From assembly GCA_035647615.1 (NCBI GenBank), contig DASRND010000010.1, positions 8,619 to 72,618 of the forward strand: a DNA stretch of 64,000 nucleotides. The letters are read 5' to 3'. Shown here one piece after another: positions 35,456-42,210 of this stretch (the first letter of the stretch is position 1; each line of letters opens with the position of its first letter). The position numbers and the translations under genes are program-made. A model generated the notes under the pieces. That model did no database searches, had not been told where the DNA came from, and saw only the letters and a list, made by a program, of their open reading frames with translations. The stretch is from Bacteroidales bacterium. Lineage in GTDB: Bacteria > Bacteroidota > Bacteroidia > Bacteroidales > 4484-276.

Positions 35456-35463
35456 CAAAGATA
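35456..35463 (-). promoter_or_regulatory. candidate -7 promoter box (TATCTTTG on the minus strand) just upstream of the riboswitch
   Basis: Matches TAnnTTTG. The predicted start site falls at the riboswitch 5' end. Confidence 0.5.
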
Positions 35464-35664
35464 ACAGTTTTGTAAATAAAGCATGGTTTGTCGACAGGAT
35501 GTTGGTAAAAGTTAGCCAATAACGTTTCGATTTTTTAAAGACGTTTCGAGGTCTTGGAAAGATATAGGCGATCTACCTTTTTTGACGTTTCGAGGTCCTC
35601 TGGACGCCCGAAAGTCAAAATTGAATCGAAATCCTGGTTTTGTTTTAGCTTTCGCTGAAAGGAT

Positions 35665-35672
35665 TATTTTTG
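35665..35672 (+). promoter_or_regulatory. candidate -7 promoter box TATTTTTG for aroQ
   Basis: Matches TAnnTTTG, 18 nt upstream of the ATG at 35690. Confidence 0.45.
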
Positions 35673-35689
35673 CCCCAAAAGAACATCTC

Positions 35690-36109
35690 ATGAAAATCCT
35701 TATTCTCAACGGACCCAATCTCAATTTGCTGGGATCGCGCCAGACCGACATCTACGGCAGTGAAGATTTTGATTCTTTTCTGCAAAAGATCGAAAAGAAA
35801 TATCCGGAAATTAATTTTGATTACCGCCAGTCCAACATCGAGGGCGAGCTTATCGACCACCTGCATGCCGCGTGTGGTAAATACGACGGCATCATCCTCA
35901 ATGCGGGAGCTTACACGCATACCTCTGTGGCCATCGCCGATGCTGTGGCAGCCATCGATGTGCCGGTGATTGAAGTGCATATCTCCAATATTTTCAGTCG
36001 CGAAGATTTCCGGCAAATCTCCTTTATCGCTCCGGTGGCACATGGCACCATCTCAGGGTTTGGCCTCAAAAGCTATCTTTTGGCTATCGAGAGTTTCAGG
36101 ATGGAATGA
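35690..36109 (+). CDS. aroQ: type II 3-dehydroquinate dehydratase
   Basis: MKILILNGPNLNLLGSRQTDIYG...NAGAYTHTSVAIADA...IEVHISNIFSRE. Textbook AroQ motifs. Confidence 0.95.
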   Translation: MKILILNGPNLNLLGSRQTDIYGSEDFDSFLQKIEKKYPEINFDYRQSNIEGELIDHLHAACGKYDGIILNAGAYTHTSVAIADAVAAIDVPVIEVHISNIFSREDFRQISFIAPVAHGTISGFGLKSYLLAIESFRME

Positions 36110-36162
36110 AGACGGCAGGCGGCAGGTCGCAGTCTTCAGGCAACAGTCCCACTGCTTTCGCC

Positions 36163-36240
36163 TTCTTTTACTTCTTCATTCTGCGGTTCGATCTTCTGCG
36201 GTTCGATATTCAAAAAAAGAAATTTGGGAATGAAGAAGAA
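36163..36240. repeat. ~75-nt dispersed element (cttcttcattctgcggttcgat x2 ...attcaaaaaaagaaatttgggaatgaagaagaa)
   Basis: An inverted copy lies at 54905..54978 (shared core cggttcgatattcaaaaaaa..ga.attgggaatga). Partial copies at 39630..39694 and 40058..40083. Confidence 0.75.
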
Positions 36241-36285
36241 AAAGGAATATCGAATAAAGCCTTCCCTGAGCGTCGGATGGTGAGC

Positions 36286-36442
36286 GAAGTCGAACCAAGT
36301 CGAAGGGAATCTTAAATTACAGCCCCAAAGAAAAGGGCGGCATCTGATTCTAAATTTCAATCCATCAATAAAAAAACAGGCATAGCCTGTAAAAATAGAA
36401 CGGACGAGGACTTCGACAAGCTCAGCCACAGCAGCCTCGTCC
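36286..36442. repeat. inverted relatives of the TTCGAC word family plus a GGACGAGG...CCTCGTCC hairpin
   Basis: gaagtcgaaccaagtcgaagggaa (36286..36309) and ggacgaggacttcgacaagctcagccacagcagcctcgtcc (36402..36442). Confidence 0.6.
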
Positions 36443-36502
36443 AAACACCGGCAATTTTAAGTCCTCTTTAAATTCCTGCAACCGACGCTACGTGCCTTCC
36501 AC

Positions 36503-36551
36503 CTTGCGCCGCACCCTTTGCGCCTTGCGCCATGCTCTCTGCGCCCTGCGC
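36503..36551. repeat. GC-rich word array (accttgcgccgcaccctttgcgccttgcgccatgctctctgcgccctgcgc) abutting the GT2 stop codon
   Basis: Direct reading. Same family as 3002..3028 and 6686..6781. Confidence 0.75.
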
Positions 36552-37571
36552 TTATCCGCTGAACTTTTCCCCGTCGAGTTGGCCAAAGGTTTTAACACCT
36601 TTTACATAATGATCCATTGCAATGTTGCCTTGGTAGATCATGCTTACGTGGCGCTGCTCTATCAACCGACGTTTCCTTTTACTGATTTTGTATTTGTAAT
36701 AAAAACCCATGTGCGCCCGTGTCACAGCAACAAAGTGCCGGAAGCCACCGTCGAAAAGAAATTTAATGGCTGCTGCCACATCGAGGAAAAAACGCATGAA
36801 AAACACCTGATACAACTGGTTGGCCGGGAGGTTTTTGTAGAGCATTATGTTGTTGTTGCGGATGTTGAGATAGGTCTTGCGTGGCGAGGATTTGTCGAGC
36901 GAGCCACCGCCGATATGATACACCTCCGACTTGCCGCAATACATTATTTTATAGCCAAGCTGCTTGAGCCGCCAACAAATATCGATTTCTTCCATGTGGG
37001 CAAAGAAGTCCTTGTCGAGGCCGCCCACCTGATGATACAGGCTGGCGCGGATAAACATGCAAGCACCCGTAGCCCAAAAAACTTCACTGATGTCGTTGTA
37101 TTGCCCCTCATCCGTTTCGATAGACTGAAAGACGCGGCCACGACAAAACGGATAGCCATAACGGTCGATAAATCCGCCACCGGCACCTGCGTATTCAAAA
37201 ACGCTACGGTCGTCGAAAGAAAGGATTTTTGGCTGGCAGGCAGCAATGTTTTCATCGCTATCCATCAGCGCAATTACCGGCTGTAGCCAAGTTTGAGGAA
37301 CTTCGATATCGCTGTTGAGCAAAACATAATATTCCGAATCCACCTGTCGCAGCGCTGCATTGTAGCCTTCGGCAAATCCAAAATTTTCGGTGTTGAGGAT
37401 AAGTCTTACCTGCGGAAAATTGTTTTTGAGAAATTCCACCGAATCATCTGTGGAAGCATTGTCTGCAACAATTACGTCGGCTACGTCCCGGCAGCTATCG
37501 ATAACGCCTGGCAGGAACCGCTCCAGAAAATGGCGCCCGTTCCAGTTAAGTATTACTACGGCAATTTTCAT
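36552..37571 (-). CDS. family 2 glycosyltransferase
   Basis: 339 aa. MKIAVVILNWNGRHFLERFLP...VADNASTDDS...NSDIEV. GT-A fold with DxD-type motifs. Confidence 0.85.
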   Translation of the reverse strand: MKIAVVILNWNGRHFLERFLPGVIDSCRDVADVIVADNASTDDSVEFLKNNFPQVRLILNTENFGFAEGYNAALRQVDSEYYVLLNSDIEVPQTWLQPVIALMDSDENIAACQPKILSFDDRSVFEYAGAGGGFIDRYGYPFCRGRVFQSIETDEGQYNDISEVFWATGACMFIRASLYHQVGGLDKDFFAHMEEIDICWRLKQLGYKIMYCGKSEVYHIGGGSLDKSSPRKTYLNIRNNNIMLYKNLPANQLYQVFFMRFFLDVAAAIKFLFDGGFRHFVAVTRAHMGFYYKYKISKRKRRLIEQRHVSMIYQGNIAMDHYVKGVKTFGQLDGEKFSG

Positions 37572-37632
37572 CAGGGGCTAAAGTAATATTATCGCCGCTA
37601 TGACGACCAAAGCTGATGAAATTTTCGATAAA

Positions 37633-39165
37633 TTATCTGGGATTGTTGTACAAGTCGCCCGACTTGCCGCCGTATTTGTCGCCGTCAGGATTGATGCCGC
37701 CCTGCTGAAAACGGTTGTGCAGCTCGGCCTGCCAATTTTCGTTGCTTATCTCGCCGGGCATGTTGCTGTGTATTAATTTATAATTGTTGAGGGCGATATG
37801 AATGTTGGCAAACACAAACTTGCGGTTGCGCTGGTTGTCGATGGTATAATAATGCCAGATTTGATAAGGCACCGAGCCGGCGTCGTAGCCCTGCTCGCCA
37901 CCATCATTGATGGTCATGCCGCTGGTGCTGGCTGCAAAAGGCTGGTCGCTGATGGTGTTAGGCGGGCCGTACTTCAGGAAGATGCGACCCATATCGGTTC
38001 TATAACCCCTCTGCCCCTTCGAGCCGGGAGCGCCAAACTGATCATTCACAAGATCTACAGCGCTCAGATAATTGCGCCAGGCATATTCAGGATCTCCTTC
38101 GTTGCGGTCGAGCCAAAAATTAAAAAAGAAGCTCTGCATCATCTGTAGGTCGGCGTCACCTTTTTGTATCTGATAGGTGATAAACCTAAGCTCCACATCG
38201 GTGGCTACCGGAATCAGATAATCGATATAGTGCCGCAGCGTGTCTTTGCTGGTGATACGCGAAACGAACGAATTCTGCGCAGAAGCAGCGGCATAGTCAG
38301 CAAAGTCGATGGCCACAGCCGGATTGCTGCGTTGGAAAAACAGACGATTTTCAGCAATCACCTCATTTTCGCGGTTGCGCACCTCCACCACCAGATTGTA
38401 ATTTCCGGAGGCAAGATGCGTAATGTCGAAATTAGCGAAAATGATATTGACCGCTTTCGCTGATTCACGCTTAAACCGTGCAAATTTGTTGAGCTTTTTC
38501 CCGGTCTCGTAGGACTCCAAAAAATAATTTATTAAAAATGGCTCGCTTTCGCCAAATTGCTTTGTGGCATTGTAAATTTCAGAATAAAAAGTAAGCGTGG
38601 TTACCTTCTCGGGAAGGAAATTGTAAACGTAAGGCACCAGGTCATAGCCGCTTTTGCTGAGGATATTTTCTGTGGTAGTAGCCTCGTAAGATTCCACCAA
38701 CTGTATTCCTGAAACCGATGCTTCATCGGGTGGGAAGTTTATCTCAATGGTTTGCGTGGTAGCGTATGGAGGCATCTCGCTGCCCGGGTCGTTTATGGTG
38801 ATCTGAAAATCGTACACGCCGTTGGGAAGGCTAAAACGCTGTTGATCCAGAAAGTTAAAATCGATGTGGGAAGTATCCTTCACTACCGGACTAAGCAGCT
38901 CGTATTTATCATAATTTACCACCGCGCTGTCTTTGGTAAAGATCATGGAAACTTCTATTTTTCCCTGAAAGCCACCTTCGGGTAGCGGCTGGTAATTAAC
39001 GGTATTGCCCACCACCGAAAGATAAGTTTCCAGATAAGGCCCGTCGACAGGCGAATAAAATTTAGAATAAAAAAGCTGTGCCTGAACGTATCTGTCATTC
39101 TGTGCCATTGTAACATGAACAGACAAAACAAAAACTGTAAGCAGAAACAAATATCTTTTTAGCAT
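37633..39165 (-). CDS. GWxTD-domain protein, secreted
   Basis: Signal peptide MLKRYLFLLTVFVLSVHVTMAQ. C-terminal GYRTDMGRIFLKYGPPNTI...YQIWHY matches the GWxTD domain signature (Y in place of W). Start moved to 39165. Confidence 0.65.
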   Translation of the reverse strand: MLKRYLFLLTVFVLSVHVTMAQNDRYVQAQLFYSKFYSPVDGPYLETYLSVVGNTVNYQPLPEGGFQGKIEVSMIFTKDSAVVNYDKYELLSPVVKDTSHIDFNFLDQQRFSLPNGVYDFQITINDPGSEMPPYATTQTIEINFPPDEASVSGIQLVESYEATTTENILSKSGYDLVPYVYNFLPEKVTTLTFYSEIYNATKQFGESEPFLINYFLESYETGKKLNKFARFKRESAKAVNIIFANFDITHLASGNYNLVVEVRNRENEVIAENRLFFQRSNPAVAIDFADYAAASAQNSFVSRITSKDTLRHYIDYLIPVATDVELRFITYQIQKGDADLQMMQSFFFNFWLDRNEGDPEYAWRNYLSAVDLVNDQFGAPGSKGQRGYRTDMGRIFLKYGPPNTISDQPFAASTSGMTINDGGEQGYDAGSVPYQIWHYYTIDNQRNRKFVFANIHIALNNYKLIHSNMPGEISNENWQAELHNRFQQGGINPDGDKYGGKSGDLYNNPR

Positions 39166-39271
39166 AATAGTAGGTTTTCGTAACATCAAGACCAAAAGTA
39201 TTTTAATGACTCCCCACCACAGTTAATTAATAAGTATTTGGCTCTAAATGTTCAGTTTACGGTGTGGAAAT

Positions 39272-39452
39272 AAGAAGTTGTCAGGCTATCAAGTTGTCGG
39301 ATTAACGGGACGCGCCTGACAACATAATAACAACAAAACGTGCAACCCGACAACTTATTTCTCCAACCTGGCAACGGCGTAGCGGGCAACCCGACAAGGC
39401 GAGCGAAGCGAACTTACAACCCGACAACTTCTTCCCCTACCCGACAACTTTT
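39272..39452. repeat. array of CCCGACAACTT words (4 direct, 2-3 inverted)
   Basis: Inverted units: aagttgtcagg (39275) and aagttgtcgg (39291). Then cctgacaac (39315), acccgacaactt (39345, 39419, 39439) and acccgacaagg (39389). Confidence 0.75.
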
Positions 39453-39475
39453 TTTTGTACAAATCAAAAAAAGTA

Positions 39476-39483
39476 TACTTTTG
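39476..39483 (+). promoter_or_regulatory. candidate -7 promoter box TACTTTTG for tRNA-Ser
   Basis: Matches TAnnTTTG, 5 nt before the tRNA 5' end. Confidence 0.45.
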
Positions 39484-39487
39484 TCGC

Positions 39488-39572
39488 GGAGAGTTGGCAG
39501 AGCGGTCGATCGCGGCGGTCTTGAAAACCGTTGGCCCTCACGGGTCCGGGGGTTCGAATCCCTCACTCTCCG
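39488..39572 (+). tRNA. tRNA-Ser (anticodon UGA)
   Basis: Hand-folded. Acceptor GGAGAGT/ACTCTCC. Anticodon arm GCGGT-CTTGAAA-ACCGT. Long variable arm. T-loop TTCGAAT. No encoded CCA. Confidence 0.9.
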
Positions 39573-39582
39573 CTTCTAAACA

Positions 39583-39617
39583 AAAAGCCTTGATTTGTTC
39601 TAAATCAAGGCTTTTTG
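39583..39617 (+). terminator. rho-independent terminator after tRNA-Ser
   Basis: agccttgattt-gttct-aaatcaaggct hairpin followed by a T5 run. Confidence 0.75.
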
Positions 39618-39629
39618 CTTTTCCCGGCC

Positions 39630-39780
39630 TTTTACTTCTTCATTCGGTTTTCGGTATTCGATTTTTAATCTCCATTTTTCCAATTCGTCATTCCCTTCGA
39701 CTACGCTGGTTTCGACTAATTTTGACAAACTGGTTTCGACGGTTTCGACTACGCTGGTTTCGACTACGCTCAACCACCAC
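39630..39780. repeat. compound word repeats (cttcttcattcggttttcggtattcgat; TTCGACTACGCTGGTTTCGAC x3; CTCAACCACCAC)
   Basis: Direct reading. Partners at 4521..4560 and 36163..36240. Confidence 0.75.
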
Positions 39781-39823
39781 AACCCCGCGCTTTCTTTTGT
39801 TACAGCAGTTTCGTAGCCCAGGC

Positions 39824-39925
39824 GTTTACGCCTGGGTTTACGTGAACGACAAGAGAAATATTGAGGGCATTTATGCCCTTCTCAGATAACCGATGAAATA
39901 TTGTAAGGGCGTAAACGCCCTGCAA
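39824..39925. repeat. three short GC hairpins (cccaggcgtttacgcctggg; agggcatttatgccct; agggcgtaaacgccct)
   Basis: Perfect 6-8 bp palindromic stems read directly. Confidence 0.6.
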
Positions 39926-40172
39926 GAAATTGCGTGACCGCTTCAAGTCCCAGCCATGAATGGCGGGGCTACGGAGCCGTGGATGCGTTTGGTAAAATGC
40001 AGGAACAAGAAGGTTCCCATCTTAAAAGCAAATTTTCGATAGCAGCTGAATAGCTACGTTTTACTTCACCATTCGGTTTTTGTTTTTTTAAATTTTTGTT
40101 AAAGCTATTTTAATCCAGCTCTTCAGCCTCCTTCTTCAGCCTCCTTCTCCATCCCACTATCCACGTTATGTG

Positions 40173-40180
40173 TACTTTTG
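40173..40180 (+). promoter_or_regulatory. candidate -7 promoter box TACTTTTG for tatC
   Basis: Matches TAnnTTTG, 25 nt upstream of the ATG at 40205. Confidence 0.4.
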
Positions 40181-40204
40181 GCGACTAAAAAAATTGGGTA
40201 GCTG

Positions 40205-41062
40205 ATGCCAGAAGTTGATTCGACAAAGAAAACCAAAGGAGTGCTTCATCCGCGCAAGCCACAGCCGGCAGCGGGGCCTCGCAACTACCGGCAATATCTG
40301 ATCCGTCTGCGACGGCAAATGATCCGCAGCGCGGTGGTGATCATGCTCCTGGCAGTGGTAGCTTTTATGAACCGCAGCCTTATCTTCGACCACATCCTGC
40401 TGGCACCCAAAAATCCCGACTTTTTCACTAACGTGCTGTTTTGTAAAATAGGCACAAAGTTCAACATCCCCGATTTATGTTTTGATGCTTCGGCACTCAA
40501 GATTATCAATGTGAACATGGCCGGGCAGTTTCTCACTCATTTGTATGTTTCCATAGTTGCCGGCGTAGTGGTAGCGTTTCCTTATCTGCTTTACGAAATT
40601 TGGTCGTTTCTCTCTTTTGTACTTAGCATCAAAAGCCGGCGCGCCACGCTGGTCATTATGATAGTGGGTACTCTTTTATTTGTCGCGGGACTGCTGTTCA
40701 GTTATTACCTCATCGTTCCGCTCACCGTTAACTTCCTAGGAACCTATTTCGTGAGCGGGCAGGTGGCCAACCACGTGATGCTTGGCAGCTACATCGGCAC
40801 CGTTGCCTCACTATGCCTGGGGGTGGCGGTCTTTTTCGAGTTACCAATCTTCATTTTCTTTCTGGCGCGCTACGGCATTGTGGGGCCAAAAATGCTTGCA
40901 AAACAGCGGCGCATCATGGTCGTGGTGATCCTGATTGTTTCGACCATCATCACCCCACCCGACGTCATCAGCCAGATTATGGTGGGCATCCCGCTGTTGG
41001 TGCTTTACGAAATCAGCATCGTGGTGGCGCGCAGCGTTTGGCGGAAGCCGGCAGAGTCGTAG
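40205..41062 (+). CDS. tatC: TatC-like twin-arginine translocase subunit (atypical cytoplasmic motifs)
   Basis: 285 aa, six TM helices. Collinear by eye with E. coli TatC (..LAP.., PYLLYEIW, LFSYYLIVPL, FELPIFIFFLA, IITPPDVISQ). Confidence 0.75.
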   Translation: MPEVDSTKKTKGVLHPRKPQPAAGPRNYRQYLIRLRRQMIRSAVVIMLLAVVAFMNRSLIFDHILLAPKNPDFFTNVLFCKIGTKFNIPDLCFDASALKIINVNMAGQFLTHLYVSIVAGVVVAFPYLLYEIWSFLSFVLSIKSRRATLVIMIVGTLLFVAGLLFSYYLIVPLTVNFLGTYFVSGQVANHVMLGSYIGTVASLCLGVAVFFELPIFIFFLARYGIVGPKMLAKQRRIMVVVILIVSTIITPPDVISQIMVGIPLLVLYEISIVVARSVWRKPAES

Positions 41063-41189
41063 CAATTTGGTTTCTTTGCACAGGTTTTTAGAATGAATTA
41101 AATGTAAATGGTGTCCGGGTAAAAACAATAGATTCTTCTCCGCCGGTTGGCGGATCAGAAAGACAAGGGTTTGCGATGAGTTGGAAGAT

Positions 41190-41230
41190 GGAGGGCTTAG
41201 TCGGCGGCTGCGTCGCCGACTAAGCCCTCC
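41190..41230. repeat. perfect 17-bp hairpin (ggagggcttagtcggcg-gctgcgt-cgccgactaagccctcc) without a U-tract
   Basis: Direct reading. Followed by the word gtcattctgaacgaaacgcagtggagtgaagaatc (41248..41283). Confidence 0.7.
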
Positions 41231-41288
41231 CAAGAACCCTAACAACCTGTCATTCTGAACGAAACGCAGTGGAGTGAAGAATCTATTT

Positions 41289-42194
41289 ATGAAAAATGAT
41301 GTTTACCGGACAACAATGAATATCAAAAAAAATAAAGTGAAAGTACACCTCCCCAAACATCTGAAGACAGCGCTCAAGATCATCCTATCTTTGGGCATCC
41401 TGGCTTTTGTACTTTACAAAATCGATACAGGGGCGCTGTTGGAAGTTTTTGCACGGGTACAGCCGCTGTGGCTTTTGATGGCGCTGCTATTTTTTGCTTT
41501 ATCAAAATACATTTCAGCTTTTCGCTTACGCAGATTCCTACACAACACCGGCATCGACATTAGCGCCAGCTTCAATCTGAAACTCTACCTGCTGGGCATG
41601 TTTTACAATTTGTTTCTGCCCGGCGGCATCGGTGGCGACGGCTACAAAATCTATCTGCTCAACAAACGATACGACGTAAAAGCGCGGAACATCTTCTGGG
41701 CTATCCTGCTCGACCGCGTCATGGGGTTGCTGGCGCTGTTTTGTCTGGCTGCTGCCCTGGCCACCGCCGCTACCCTCCCCCACTTTTACAAAACCTACTC
41801 CTGGCTGCTCATCCCGCTGGCCATCATCGCTTTTTATTTTTTTATAAAAATCTTATTCGATCGTTACCGCGACATTTTTACCATTACGTTGCTGCAATCC
41901 TTTCTGGTTCAGCTTTCGCAAATGGTTTCGGCATTTTTTATCCTGCAGGCAATCGGCGTAAGCGATGCCACAATCGATTATCTGTTTATATTTCTGATCT
42001 CCTCCATTGTGGCGGCGTTGCCCATCACGATAGGTGGCGTTGGCTCGCGCGAAATCACTTTCCTGCTGGGGGCGCAGGTGATGCAACTCAGCACCAGCAA
42101 CAGCATTGCGCTAAGCTTGTTGTTTTATATCATCACCGCCCTGGTGTCGCTCACCGGAATTTATTACAGTATCAAAACCGAAAAATTAAAATAA
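41289..42194 (+). CDS. UPF0104 / lysyl-PG-synthase-TM-like (flippase-like) membrane protein
   Basis: ISAFRLRRFL..., FYNLFLPGGIGGDGYKIYLL, LPITIGGVGSREITFLLG. Start uncertain (41274 GTG lies in a repeat; ATGs at 41289 and 41316). Confidence 0.7.
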   Translation: MKNDVYRTTMNIKKNKVKVHLPKHLKTALKIILSLGILAFVLYKIDTGALLEVFARVQPLWLLMALLFFALSKYISAFRLRRFLHNTGIDISASFNLKLYLLGMFYNLFLPGGIGGDGYKIYLLNKRYDVKARNIFWAILLDRVMGLLALFCLAAALATAATLPHFYKTYSWLLIPLAIIAFYFFIKILFDRYRDIFTITLLQSFLVQLSQMVSAFFILQAIGVSDATIDYLFIFLISSIVAALPITIGGVGSREITFLLGAQVMQLSTSNSIALSLLFYIITALVSLTGIYYSIKTEKLK

Positions 42195-42210
42195 TTGGCT
42201 CTTTGGGATC

